DNA of 64,000 bases, from contig JAPLAM010000045.1 in NCBI GenBank assembly GCA_026393275.1, positions 74,795-138,794 on the forward strand, given 5' to 3'. Every line of letters starts with the position of its first letter. Position 1 is the first letter of the stretch. Positions 1 through 9,800 of this stretch are shown here, piece after piece. A program made the position numbers and the translations under genes. The notes beneath the pieces were generated by a model. That model searched no databases and had not been told where the DNA came from. It saw nothing but the letters and a program-made list of their open reading frames with translations. The DNA is from Arthrobacter sp. Its GTDB lineage: Bacteria > Actinomycetota > Actinomycetes > Actinomycetales > Micrococcaceae.

Positions 1-26
1 TCAACTGAGACAGGAATTGAGGACAA

Positions 27-305
27 GTGCCGGCGAACCCCAGACCGCTCCCGGACCGCGATGAGGGTGAACCCGACTGGGCAACCACCCCAGGTGAGGC
101 CGCCGACCCAGATGTGCCGGTAATCCGGCAACAAGCCCAGGCCATCATCGACGCGGTTTTGTCCGGTTCAGGATCCGACGGAGCCGCTGCCCGGGAACAG
201 TTGCGTGGATGCGTGGAAGCAAACCCCGGTCAACCGGAACTTGCCCTCGCTGAGCACTTACTGACGCTCAGAACGCTGCCGGAGAGCGATCAGCCGGAGA
301 ACTAG
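27..305 (+). CDS. Hypothetical small acidic protein (92 aa)
   Basis: GTG start preceded by GAGGA; no recognisable motif. Confidence 0.55.
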   Translation: MPANPRPLPDRDEGEPDWATTPGEAADPDVPVIRQQAQAIIDAVLSGSGSDGAAAREQLRGCVEANPGQPELALAEHLLTLRTLPESDQPEN

Positions 306-660
306 ACCCGACTATGCCGCCGATGATCCCGGCCAACCCCAGCGGCACGGCAACGAGGGCGCTGACGTGCGGCAGCAGGCTGTCGCCGACCACCAGGTTG
401 AGCCCGGCGACCGCGACCGCCGGGGCGGCCACCAGGGTGCTGACCCAGCGGGGAGCGCCGCGGTAATGCGACCAGCCAGCAGCCGCCAAGCCGAGCGCAG
501 CCCCGGCCAGGATGAGCGCGTTGCCGGTCCGGTCGCGCTCATAAGCGTTGCCCACCTCTCCCAGATACAGGGTCTGGCTTAGGCCCAGGCAGAGTAGGAT
601 GAGGCTCGCCGCGGCGACTCCGGACCAGGCCGTCCGGGCTCTGACTGTCGTGGCTCTCAT
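268..660 (-). CDS. Hypothetical membrane protein (about 4 TM)
   Basis: Four hydrophobic stretches; GGGAAAG SD-like element upstream on the minus strand. Confidence 0.6.
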   Translation of the reverse strand: MRATTVRARTAWSGVAAASLILLCLGLSQTLYLGEVGNAYERDRTGNALILAGAALGLAAAGWSHYRGAPRWVSTLVAAPAVAVAGLNLVVGDSLLPHVSALVAVPLGLAGIIGGIVGSSSPADRSPAAF

Positions 661-711
661 CTGCTTTCCCCGTCGTCAGGTGGCTGTACGCCTCCGTATC
701 CGGATCGCACG

Positions 712-1914
712 CTAACGCCTGCCGGCGTGCAGCGCGAGCTCCAGTTCAAACCGCGCGTCCGGGTCCTCGAGCGCGTCCCCGAACAATTCCCGCAGCTGGG
801 CCGCCCGGTAGCCGACGGTCTGCGGATGGATGCCCAGCTCCGCGGCCACCGGTGCGCGCTGGCCCCAGTGGCGCAGCCAGGAGAGCAGGGTTTCGGCGAG
901 CCGCTCGCGCTGTGCCGGGCGTAGCCCCTCCAGCGGTGCGAGGCGGCGGTTGGCGAGCTCGGTGATGGCGGAGGGCTCGGCGCCGAGAATCACTGCTGCG
1001 AGGTGTTCGTCCGCCCAGATGGGCGGCTCCGCCGGGCCGTCCCGGAGCGGAAGGACCGATGCAGCCAGCACGGCCAGGCGCAGGGATTCGGGAACCTTCT
1101 CCCAGCCGCCGGCCGGGCCCACGGACGCGCCGCGGCCCCGCAGCGCCTTATCCAGCTCCTTCCGCGCGGACTTGGACTTGCGCGCCGGGACCAGCGCCAC
1201 GGCGTCGGTCTCGCGTTCTATCAGCAGGGTTCCCGGACCCAGCCGCAACCGCAGCCCGGCGGCCCGCTCCACCGGCAGCGTGACCACCGACATGCGCTGC
1301 GGCAGCGACCAGTCAGCCATGGCCGCGCTCTGGCGCAGCGCCGCCTCGTCCGCCTGCCCCAGCAGCAGCAGATCCAGCAGTTCGGTCCGGCGCCGGTCCA
1401 CGGCCCCGGCGCGTTCGGACTGCTCAAAGGCGTAGGCCTCGGCGCTGACGGCGGACAGCTCGTCGATGTACGCCAGAATCGATTCGCCCAGGTTCACCAC
1501 CACGTTCTGGCCGAGCTGGTGTTCCACAGAAACCTTGGACATTTCGCGGAACGTGACGCGGGCCCCCATCCGGTAGGCACTCAGCAGCGCGTCCATGCTC
1601 CGCCCCTGCCGGAACTCACCGCTGCCCAGGCCTGCCACGAGCTGCCGGCTTTCCACGGAAAGCGCCGGGAGCGTGGTCCCGGGAAGCTGCAGGAAACGAT
1701 CCAGCGCCGCCGCCACACCGCGCCGGAGGCCCCGCCCGAAGCGGCCCTCAATCGGCCGGGCATAGGCGGGAACCAGCTGCGGCACGGCCGCGATGATGGC
1801 CTCCACGATGCCCGGCATCGTGGGGCGCAGCATGTCGCTGACTTCCTTCGGCAGCGCCAGCCACGGCGGGTCGTAGGCGGGGTATCCGGTGGTGCCGGCG
1901 GGCGAAGCATCCAT
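712..1914 (-). CDS. PucR/CdaR-family transcriptional regulator
   Basis: C-terminal HTH 'VAAELGIHPQTVGYRAAQLRELFG'; N-terminal RsbRD-like region. Confidence 0.88.
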   Translation of the reverse strand: MDASPAGTTGYPAYDPPWLALPKEVSDMLRPTMPGIVEAIIAAVPQLVPAYARPIEGRFGRGLRRGVAAALDRFLQLPGTTLPALSVESRQLVAGLGSGEFRQGRSMDALLSAYRMGARVTFREMSKVSVEHQLGQNVVVNLGESILAYIDELSAVSAEAYAFEQSERAGAVDRRRTELLDLLLLGQADEAALRQSAAMADWSLPQRMSVVTLPVERAAGLRLRLGPGTLLIERETDAVALVPARKSKSARKELDKALRGRGASVGPAGGWEKVPESLRLAVLAASVLPLRDGPAEPPIWADEHLAAVILGAEPSAITELANRRLAPLEGLRPAQRERLAETLLSWLRHWGQRAPVAAELGIHPQTVGYRAAQLRELFGDALEDPDARFELELALHAGRR

Positions 1915-2012
1915 GGCGGGAATCCAAAAGTTGTTGTGCGGAGATAGTTTCTAAGCGTCGATCGTATGCCTTGGGTGAAGAATTATGGCTCCGGCTGACA
2001 TAAGCTAGGTAC

Positions 2013-3086
2013 ATGATCCGGCTCCGTAAGCTGGCGCGCGCCGCATCTCTACTGACCACCCCGCTAGCTCCAGAAGACATTCTGTCGCTGTTCAATCCCG
2101 TGTTTTCCGCCCGCCAGTTGCGCGGCGTGGTCACCCGGGTGGTCCCGGAAACGGCCGATTCCGCCACTATTTTCTTCCATCCCGGCCGAGGCTGGCAAGC
2201 ACACCGTGCCGGCCAGTGGGCCCGCATCGGCGTCGAACTCGACGGCGTCCGCCACTGGCGGTCCTACTCGCTCAGCGCGCCCGCCGGCGAGGACCCCGCC
2301 ATCACCGTCACGGACATGGGTGCCGTCTCCGGGACCCTGGTCCGCACCACCAAGCCCGGCGATGTCCTCTTCCTCGCACCCCCGCAGGGCGACTTCGTCC
2401 TGCCGGAACATCCGCGACCGCTGCTCATGCTCACCGCCGGCAGCGGCATCACCCCGGTGATGTCGATGATCCGCACGCTGGTGCCGCACCGCCCGGACGC
2501 CGACGTCGTGCTCATCCACACGGCCCGGACTGCCGCAGACGCCATCTTCCTCGAAGAACTGGCCGAACTGGCCGACCAATTCCCGAATTTCAAAGTTACC
2601 CACTGGTTCAGCGGGGAACACGGGCGGCTGGACTTCGGCGCCGCCGATGCGCTGGACCGGCTCTGCCCGGACTGGCGCAGCCGCGCCGCCTACGCCTGCG
2701 GCCCCGGGACATTCCTCGACGACGCCGAGGCGCTGTGGGAAGCGGAAGCGGCGGCAGACCCCGACGCCCCGGCCGCGAACCTGACCATCGAACGCTTCAA
2801 CACCAGCCTCGCCGGCGGTGAGGGACAGGCCGGCGGACTGGTCACCTTCGAAGCCTCCGACCGCGAAGTCGAAGCCGACGGCGATACGCCCCTGCTCGAC
2901 GTCGGCGAAGACGCCGGGGTGCTGATGCCCAGCGGTTGCCGGATGGGTATCTGCCACAGCTGCCTCATCCCGCTGCGCGCCGGCCAGATCCGCGACCTGC
3001 GGACCGGCGAAGTGCACGGCGAACCCGGCCAACTAATCCAAACCTGTGTCTCGGCAGCCGCCGGGCCCGTTAACCTCGACCTCTGA
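2013..3086 (+). CDS. Ferredoxin reductase (FAD/NAD-binding plus 2Fe-2S), desaturase redox partner
   Basis: RSYSLS FAD motif, AGSGITP NAD motif, YACGP, C-terminal CRMGICHSC...C; leaderless start (TAAGCT-N6-ATG). Confidence 0.92.
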   Translation: MIRLRKLARAASLLTTPLAPEDILSLFNPVFSARQLRGVVTRVVPETADSATIFFHPGRGWQAHRAGQWARIGVELDGVRHWRSYSLSAPAGEDPAITVTDMGAVSGTLVRTTKPGDVLFLAPPQGDFVLPEHPRPLLMLTAGSGITPVMSMIRTLVPHRPDADVVLIHTARTAADAIFLEELAELADQFPNFKVTHWFSGEHGRLDFGAADALDRLCPDWRSRAAYACGPGTFLDDAEALWEAEAAADPDAPAANLTIERFNTSLAGGEGQAGGLVTFEASDREVEADGDTPLLDVGEDAGVLMPSGCRMGICHSCLIPLRAGQIRDLRTGEVHGEPGQLIQTCVSAAAGPVNLDL

Positions 3087-3099
3087 GGAGAACCACCAG

Positions 3100-4299
3100 A
3101 TGACCACAGTTGCAGACAAGCCCGATCTCACCGCGGACGCCAGCCCCGGCTCCACCCCCGCCGGGACCGTTCCGGCCGTGAAGAAGCGGCCCGGCGCGCT
3201 CGCCGAGACGGGGAGCCCGCTGCTCCGGCCGCCCGCCGCGGCACACCTGTCCGACGAGCAGGTCGCCGAGCTGGGCCGCGAACTCGACGCCGTCCGCGAC
3301 GAAATCCTCGCCAAACGCGGCGCCTCCGACGCCGCCTACATCCGCCGCATGATCAAGATCCAGCGCGGCCTGGAGATCTCCGGCCGCGCGGCGCTGCTGG
3401 TCAGCAAGAATAAGACGGCCTGGGTCGCAGGCACCACCATGCTCAGCCTCGCCAAGATCCTGGAAAACATGGAGCTGGGCCACAACATCCTGCACGGCCA
3501 GTGGGACTGGATGCGGGACCCGGACATCCACTCCACCACCTGGGAATCGGACTTCGTCACCCCCGCACGTGCCTGGCAGCACACCCACAACGACCTGCAC
3601 CACCGCTGGACCAACGTCGTCGGCAAGGACAACGACATCGGGTACAACCTGCTGCGCATGGACCCCCAGCAGGAATGGACGCCCTTCAACCTGGGCAACC
3701 CGCTCTATAACGCACTGCTCGCCCCGGTCTTCGAGTGGGGCATCGCGATCTACGACCTTGAGCTCCAGGATTTCAAAGAGGGCAAGAAGTCCAAGGAGGC
3801 CCTCACCAAGGACCTCAAAGCTCTCGGCCGCAAGGCCCTGAAGCAGTTCACCAAGGACTACGCGGCCACCCCCGCCGTCGCCATGCTGACCGGCTCCGGC
3901 AAGCAAGCCCTCTACGGCACACTGACCGCCAACGCGGTACGGAACGTCTGGGCCCACGCGGTGATCTTCTGCGGCCACTTCCCGAACGGGGCGGACACCT
4001 TCACCGAAGAAATGGTGGACGGCGAGACCCGCGGCGACTGGTACGTGCGCCAGATGATCGGCTCGGCCAACATCTCCGGTTCCAAGTTCATGCACCTGAT
4101 GACCGGCAACCTCTCGCACCAGATCGAGCACCACCTCTTCCCGGACCTGCCGTCCAACCGCTACGCGGAGGTGGCGCCCAAGGTGCAGGACGTCTGCCGG
4201 CGGTACGGCTTGCCGTACACCACCGGCCCGATCTGGAAGCAGGTCGGCTCCACCTGGGCCAAGATCTTCAGGCTGGCTCTGCCGCCGAAAAAAGCCTAA
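3100..4299 (+). CDS. Acyl-CoA/fatty acid desaturase (mycobacterial DesA3-like)
   Basis: His boxes HNILH, HNDLHH, QIEHH; GAGGAG SD; directly after the reductase. Confidence 0.92.
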   Translation: MTTVADKPDLTADASPGSTPAGTVPAVKKRPGALAETGSPLLRPPAAAHLSDEQVAELGRELDAVRDEILAKRGASDAAYIRRMIKIQRGLEISGRAALLVSKNKTAWVAGTTMLSLAKILENMELGHNILHGQWDWMRDPDIHSTTWESDFVTPARAWQHTHNDLHHRWTNVVGKDNDIGYNLLRMDPQQEWTPFNLGNPLYNALLAPVFEWGIAIYDLELQDFKEGKKSKEALTKDLKALGRKALKQFTKDYAATPAVAMLTGSGKQALYGTLTANAVRNVWAHAVIFCGHFPNGADTFTEEMVDGETRGDWYVRQMIGSANISGSKFMHLMTGNLSHQIEHHLFPDLPSNRYAEVAPKVQDVCRRYGLPYTTGPIWKQVGSTWAKIFRLALPPKKA

Positions 4300-4370
4300 G
4301 CGCCGGCGCCCGTCGGCAGGGCCTGGACCGCTCCCGGGCGGTTTGAGCAGGTCCTCGACGGCGGGCGGCG

Positions 4371-4694
4371 CTAGGGGCCCTCGCCAAGTTCCGCCACATT
4401 CGCGCGGTACTGCTCCGCCGTGAGCTCGCCCTTCGCGAAGCGTTCATCGAGGATGAGCCGGGCCTGGCTCCTGCCGCCGGCGGCGCCGGGGCTGCCGCCC
4501 GGAACTCCAGGCTGGCCCCAGGGTCCAGCGGGCCCCGGACCCGGGCCCCGCGCCATGCCGCTTTGGCCGGCGGCGCCTTGGCTTGTGCCGCCGAATACCC
4601 GGATCGCCAGCAGCACGAGCACCGCGACCCCGACCAGCAGCAGCATGCCCCAAAGCCACATCCACCACAGGTTCTGCCCGAACCCCCACATCAT
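4371..4694 (-). CDS. SHOCT-domain small membrane protein
   Basis: N-terminal TM helix; C-terminal 'ILDERFAKGELTAEQY'. Confidence 0.8.
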   Translation of the reverse strand: MMWGFGQNLWWMWLWGMLLLVGVAVLVLLAIRVFGGTSQGAAGQSGMARGPGPGPAGPWGQPGVPGGSPGAAGGRSQARLILDERFAKGELTAEQYRANVAELGEGP

Positions 4695-4769
4695 GACCGG
4701 TCCCTTTCGTCACGGGAAGCTACTGATCCAATGGTGCGCCCGCAGGGAGGGGAGCGCCAGAGGCCAAGG

Positions 4770-6143
4770 TCAGCTGATGAGCAGGCTGAGGGCCTCCGTC
4801 AGGTGGCTGACTTCGCGGACCGAGAAGCCGGCCGGGACCGGGCCGGGGCCGTTGGGGCTGGCGGGCACCACCGCATGCGTGAAGCCCAACCGGTGGGCTT
4901 CCTGGATGCGCTGGTTGATCCCGGGCACCGGACGTACCTCCCCTGCCAGGCCCACCTCGCCGAAGGCGATGAGTCGCTGCGGGAGCGGTTTCTTGGCCTT
5001 GGCGGAGGCCACGGCCAGTGCCACGGCGAGGTCCGTGGCGGGTTCGCTGAGCTTCACCCCGCCCACCGTCGCCACGTAGGAGTCGTCCTTATGCAGCAGG
5101 CAGCCGGCGCGCTGCTGAAGTACGGCCAGCAGCATCGCCACCCGGGAGCTGTCCAGCCCGCTGGTGGCCCGGCGGGGCTGGGCGTTGGCGCTGTCGGCCA
5201 GAAGGGACTGGACCTCGGCCAGCAGCGGCCGGCGGCCCTCCAGTGTCACCGTGATGCAGGTGCCGGACACCGGATCCTTGGTGCGCGAGACGAAGAGGCC
5301 GCTGGGATCGGCCAGGCCCACGATGCCGTCCTCGTTCAGATCGAAACAGCCGACGTCGTCGGTGGGCCCGTAGCGGTTCTTGACCGCCCGCAGCAGTCGC
5401 AGCCGGGAGTGGCGTTCGCCCTCGAACTGGCAGACCACGTCCACCAGGTGCTCGAGCAGCCGGGGTCCGGCGATGGAGCCGTCCTTGGTGACGTGACCCA
5501 CCAGCAGAGTGGTCATGTTGCGGCGCTTGGCCGCGGCGATCAGGGACGCCGCGACTTCGCGGACCTGCGAGACGCCGCCGGCGCTGCCTTCCACGTCGGC
5601 GCTGCTCAGCGTCTGGACCGAGTCGACAACCAGCAGCCGCGGCTCGAGTTTTTCCACCTGTCCCAGCGCCTGGCCGAGGTCCGTTTCGGCGGACAGGTAC
5701 AGCGATTCGGCGACGGCGTCGATCCGGTCCGCGCGCAGCTTCACCTGGGCGGCCGATTCCTCGCCGGTGATGTAGAGGACGTCCTGGGCGGTGCGGGCGA
5801 ACTTGGCGGCGACGTCGAGCAGCAGCGTGGACTTGCCCACGCCGGGCTCGCCGGCCAGCAGGATCACCGCGCCGGGGACCAGGCCGCCGCCCAGCACACG
5901 GTCCAGCTCGTCCACCCCGGTGGGGAGGAACGCGGCCGTCGTGGCATCGACATCGGCGATCCTGCGGGCCGGCTCCAGGACGGTGGCCGCCGCCGTCGTC
6001 CGCGCCACGGCGCCGCCGGTCTCCTCGACTGTGCCCCACGCCTGGCATTCGCCGCACCGGCCCACCCACTTGACGGTGGTCCAGCCGCATTCCGCGCACT
6101 TATAGCCCGGCGCCTTGGCGGCGCGGGAAGTCTTTGTTGCCAT
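4770..6143 (-). CDS. radA: DNA repair protein RadA/Sms
   Basis: Zn finger CAECG...CGEC, Walker A GEPGVGKS, KNRYG motif, Lon-like C-terminus. Confidence 0.97.
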   Translation of the reverse strand: MATKTSRAAKAPGYKCAECGWTTVKWVGRCGECQAWGTVEETGGAVARTTAAATVLEPARRIADVDATTAAFLPTGVDELDRVLGGGLVPGAVILLAGEPGVGKSTLLLDVAAKFARTAQDVLYITGEESAAQVKLRADRIDAVAESLYLSAETDLGQALGQVEKLEPRLLVVDSVQTLSSADVEGSAGGVSQVREVAASLIAAAKRRNMTTLLVGHVTKDGSIAGPRLLEHLVDVVCQFEGERHSRLRLLRAVKNRYGPTDDVGCFDLNEDGIVGLADPSGLFVSRTKDPVSGTCITVTLEGRRPLLAEVQSLLADSANAQPRRATSGLDSSRVAMLLAVLQQRAGCLLHKDDSYVATVGGVKLSEPATDLAVALAVASAKAKKPLPQRLIAFGEVGLAGEVRPVPGINQRIQEAHRLGFTHAVVPASPNGPGPVPAGFSVREVSHLTEALSLLIS

Positions 6144-6242
6144 TGCTCCACCCTATCCGTGGGCACCGACGTCCGGGCCCGGGCGCCGCCGCCCCCGGTA
6201 CCGCTGCATTCAGCGCGGAAGAAAATCCTGCGAGGCAAAGCC

Positions 6243-6272
6243 TTGACCGTGGACGCCCGTTCCGCCCATGCT
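6243..6272 (+). promoter_or_regulatory. Putative sigmaA promoter TTGACC-N18-CATGCT
   Basis: Spacing counted by hand; lies upstream of the secreted hydrolase ORF. Confidence 0.45.
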
Positions 6273-6315
6273 GGGGTTTCTGTGTTGCCAAGAAGGCCCA
6301 ACCGGAAGGCCGACG

Positions 6316-7125
6316 ATGTCCCCTTGTACCCCAGCTGTTTTCCCGCAGCGTTTCCGGCTGTTGTTGGCCGCAGCCGCGGCGGCGCTACTGACGCTTGTAG
6401 CCCTGCCGGCCGAGGCAGCTACCACACCTGGCCCCGGCAACGACGTGTCATGGCCGCAGTGCGGCAAGGCGTTGCCGAAAGGCCAGACCTTCGGCATTGT
6501 CGGCGTGAACAACGGCCTGGCCACCACTACAAACCCGTGCCTCGGCGCACAGCTGACTTGGGCCGGAACGTCGAAGGGCGGAACGGGCCAGCCGCTGGTC
6601 GCCCTCTACGTCAACACCGCCAATCCCGGCGCGGCGGGGTCCTGGTGGCCCACCAGCAATACCTACGGCGGTACCACCGTGGCCAACCCGTACGGGGAGT
6701 GTACCCAGCGATCCTACGGAGCCGCCTGCTCGTACATGTACGGTTTCGCGAAGGCCTACGACGACGCCAACATCAGGGGCGTGAACAACCCGGGATCCTA
6801 CACCTGGTGGCTTGACGTGGAGACGGGCAACAGCTGGTCGACGGACACCTCGGCGAACCGTGCGGATCTGGAGGGCATGGCGGCCTACTACGCCAGCATC
6901 GGAGCCCGCACGGGGCTCTACTCCACCCGAAGCCAGTGGGACCAAATCGTCGGAGCGGTGCCGTCTTCCAGCAACCTCGACACACTGCCGAGCTGGCTCG
7001 CCGGCGCCAGGACCCTGGCCCTGGCCGATCGCAAATGCGCCGAGGCCCCGCTTACCGCCGGCGGCAAGGTCACCCTGACCCAATTTGTCTCCGGTGGGCT
7101 GGATTACGACCGCTCCTGCGTCTAG
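6316..7125 (+). CDS. Secreted GH25/DUF1906-like TIM-barrel glycoside hydrolase (putative)
   Basis: Signal peptide ending AEA; 'DVSWPQC' and 'WWLDVE' resemble GH25 catalytic segments; six Cys; start chosen at internal ATG. Confidence 0.6.
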   Translation: MSPCTPAVFPQRFRLLLAAAAAALLTLVALPAEAATTPGPGNDVSWPQCGKALPKGQTFGIVGVNNGLATTTNPCLGAQLTWAGTSKGGTGQPLVALYVNTANPGAAGSWWPTSNTYGGTTVANPYGECTQRSYGAACSYMYGFAKAYDDANIRGVNNPGSYTWWLDVETGNSWSTDTSANRADLEGMAAYYASIGARTGLYSTRSQWDQIVGAVPSSSNLDTLPSWLAGARTLALADRKCAEAPLTAGGKVTLTQFVSGGLDYDRSCV

Positions 7126-7177
7126 GGCTTCCGGGCGGCCCTAACGTGCAGGGGCGCCCCTAACCCGCCGGGCGGCC

Positions 7178-8305
7178 CTAGAGGGAGGGCAGCATGTCCC
7201 GCGCCTCGTCCGGGTTCATGCCGGTGGCTTCGAGGAGGTCCACCATGAGCGGCCGGAAGAGCATCACCACGGTTTCGCCTTCAAGCCGCTGCACGTCCAG
7301 CAGGCGCGGGTGCAGCCGGCCGGCCGTCTCGCTCAGCTCCACCTTGGCGGTGCGCAGGTGGGCGCGCCGGGCGCCGTCGTGCACCTCCGCCAGGCCCAGC
7401 CCCAGCTCATCGATCGCGGCCGCGGTCTCGAGCAGGACGTCCGCGATGTTCTCGGTGGCGTCGTCCGAGAGCGCGGCGTGATTGATTGCGCTGGTCAGCC
7501 GACGTGCGAACACGCGGCTGTTACGCAGCGCGAGGTCGATGAAGTCCACCGACTGCGCCAGCTGGTCCAGCTCGTCCCGGTACCGCCGGTAGGCGGGGGC
7601 CAGGGTGGCGACCTCGCCGGAGGAGCGTAGCGTCTGGCGCATGGCGTCGACCAGCGGCTGGCAGTTGCGGCCGCGGATCAACGCGTGCCAGGCCTGGGTG
7701 GAGTCGCTATGGCTCAGGGCGGACGCGCACTCGCGCAGCACCTCCGCCAGTTCATGCAGGAGCTTCTTGACGTCGTGGCGGGGTTCGCGCCGCGGATCCT
7801 TGGGGATCAGGAAAGTCAGCACCAGGGCGAACACGCCGCCCACCACGGCATCGATGCTCCGGGTGAAGGGCCCGCCCGCCGGGGCCGGCAACAGCACCAC
7901 CAGCAGGGACTGCAGGCCCAGTTGCGTGGTGAAGATCGTTCCGCTGTCCAGGAAGCGGGCCAGCAGAATCGAGAACAGAAGCACGACGGCGGCCTGCCAG
8001 ATCCCGGCGCCCAGCCAGTGCAGCAGCAGGTCGCCCACCACAATGCCGAGGGTGCAGCCCAGACCAACTTCCACGACCCGGCGCAGCCGCGGATCCCGGG
8101 AGAAGCCCAGGGCAATCAGGGAGGAGGTAGCGGCAAACAACGGTCCGGTGTGGCCCAGGACGTATTCGGCGAAGGCGTAGGCGCCCACGGCGCAGGCAGT
8201 CATCTGGACTGCCGGCAGCAGCGATTTGCGGCTCCGGATGAAACCGGTGCGGGCCCGGCCGCGCAGGAATCGTGCGCTTGCGGTGAATCCAGTAGCGGAG
8301 GCCAT
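7178..8305 (-). CDS. FUSC/aromatic acid exporter family membrane protein
   Basis: N-terminal TM block then helical C-terminus; TAGACT-N7-ATG supports start 8305. Confidence 0.85.
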   Translation of the reverse strand: MASATGFTASARFLRGRARTGFIRSRKSLLPAVQMTACAVGAYAFAEYVLGHTGPLFAATSSLIALGFSRDPRLRRVVEVGLGCTLGIVVGDLLLHWLGAGIWQAAVVLLFSILLARFLDSGTIFTTQLGLQSLLVVLLPAPAGGPFTRSIDAVVGGVFALVLTFLIPKDPRREPRHDVKKLLHELAEVLRECASALSHSDSTQAWHALIRGRNCQPLVDAMRQTLRSSGEVATLAPAYRRYRDELDQLAQSVDFIDLALRNSRVFARRLTSAINHAALSDDATENIADVLLETAAAIDELGLGLAEVHDGARRAHLRTAKVELSETAGRLHPRLLDVQRLEGETVVMLFRPLMVDLLEATGMNPDEARDMLPSL

Positions 8306-8431
8306 GCCCACCAGTCTATTTGCTCGCTCCGGTGGCCAGCTCCGGTGGCGAGGCCGCAGGCGAAACCCCTACGACTGTGACGCAGGATACGCAACAGCAA
8401 CCCGTCAGATGTGGGCGAATGGTCGGGAGTC

Positions 8432-8475
8432 GTTAACCCGCCGTTCACTTTGGACCATAGTTCCCTTCACTTGGG
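8432..8475 (+). promoter_or_regulatory. PHO-box-like 11-nt direct repeats upstream of pstS
   Basis: GTTAACC (8432), GTTCACT (8443), CTTCACT (8465) in exact 11-nt register. Confidence 0.7.
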
Positions 8476-8576
8476 ACGCTTAACTTCGGTAGAGGTACAA
8501 ACCGTATCCACCGTCTTATTGTTCGGACGTCTCCGGTCCGGCACGCATCTGAATAACCCTGGAAGGGGTACATCTA

Positions 8577-9695
8577 GTGAAGGCATCACGCATCGGCCGC
8601 AACTCGGCCATCGCTGTTATCGCAGCCGGCGCTCTCGCGCTCACCGCTTGCGGTTCCGACAACGCCACGAACACCGCGCAGTCGGCAGCGCCGTCCTCTT
8701 CGGTCAAGGTCACCGGCACGCTGACCGGCATCGGTTCGTCCGCGCAGGGTGCGGCCATGGACGTGTGGAAGACCAACTTCGCCTCCGCCAACCAGGGCGC
8801 CAACGTGCAGTACTCCCCGGACGGCTCCGGGGCCGGCCGCAAGGCGATCCTGGACGGCTCGGCGCAGTTCGCCGGCTCCGACGCCTACCTTTCCGACGCC
8901 GAGCTCGCCAGCTCCAAGGACAAGTGCGGCGCCGACGGTGCCCTGAACATCCCGGTCTACGTTTCCCCGATCGCCGTGGCCTTCAACCTCCCGGACGTCA
9001 AGGAGCTCAAGCTCGACGCTCCCACCGTGGCCAAGATTTTCCGCGGCCAGGTTGCCAAGTGGAACGACCCGGCCATCGCCGCGCTGAACCCCGACGCCAA
9101 GCTGCCTGACCTCAAGGTCACCCCGGTGAACCGCTCGGACGACTCCGGCACCACCTCCAACTTCACCGACTACCTGGCCGCCGCCGCGCCCGAGGTCTGG
9201 ACCGACAAGGCTGCCGGCATCTGGCCCGCATCCCTCAAGGGCGAAAACGCCAAGGGCACCTCCGGCGTCGTCAAGACGGTCACGGACACCCCCGGCGCCG
9301 TCACCTACGCCGATGACTCTGCCGTGAGCGGCAAGCTGGGCATCGCGCAGATCAAGGTCGGCGGTTCCTTCACCAAGATCTCCGCCGACGCCGCCGCTAA
9401 GGCTGTCGACGCCGGTAAGCCGGTCGACGGCCGCAACGCCAGCGACCTCTCCATCAAGCTGGACCGGAAGACCACGGTCGAGGGCGCTTACCCGATCGTG
9501 CTGGTCTCCTTCCACGTCGTTTGCACCACCTACCCCACGCAGGCAACTGCCGACCTGGTCAAGGCCTTCGAAAGCTACGTAGTGTCCGACGCCGGCCAGA
9601 AGGCTGCCGCCGACGCCGCCAAGTCCGCTCCGCTGTCCAAGACGCTGCAGGACAAGGCACTCAAGTCCATCGAATCCATCAAGGTCAAGGCCTAG
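8577..9695 (+). CDS. pstS: Phosphate ABC transporter substrate-binding lipoprotein
   Basis: Lipobox LTAC; GSS, DGSGAG, FAGSD, RSDDSGTT motifs. Confidence 0.96.
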   Translation: MKASRIGRNSAIAVIAAGALALTACGSDNATNTAQSAAPSSSVKVTGTLTGIGSSAQGAAMDVWKTNFASANQGANVQYSPDGSGAGRKAILDGSAQFAGSDAYLSDAELASSKDKCGADGALNIPVYVSPIAVAFNLPDVKELKLDAPTVAKIFRGQVAKWNDPAIAALNPDAKLPDLKVTPVNRSDDSGTTSNFTDYLAAAAPEVWTDKAAGIWPASLKGENAKGTSGVVKTVTDTPGAVTYADDSAVSGKLGIAQIKVGGSFTKISADAAAKAVDAGKPVDGRNASDLSIKLDRKTTVEGAYPIVLVSFHVVCTTYPTQATADLVKAFESYVVSDAGQKAAADAAKSAPLSKTLQDKALKSIESIKVKA

Positions 9696-9732
9696 GGATC
9701 TGTTGCGCTACTAAGGCATAGTGGAAACACCT

Positions 9733-9800
9733 GCCTGAGCGAGGTTCCCTGTTCCGAGAAGGCGGTTACTGACCGTCCGCCCGGGGCAGGGAACCTAGGC
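9733..9800 (+). other. Intercistronic stem-loop between pstS and pstC
   Basis: Perfect 10-bp inverted repeat AGGTTCCCTG (9742-9751)/CAGGGAACCT (9787-9796) with nested helices. Confidence 0.7.
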
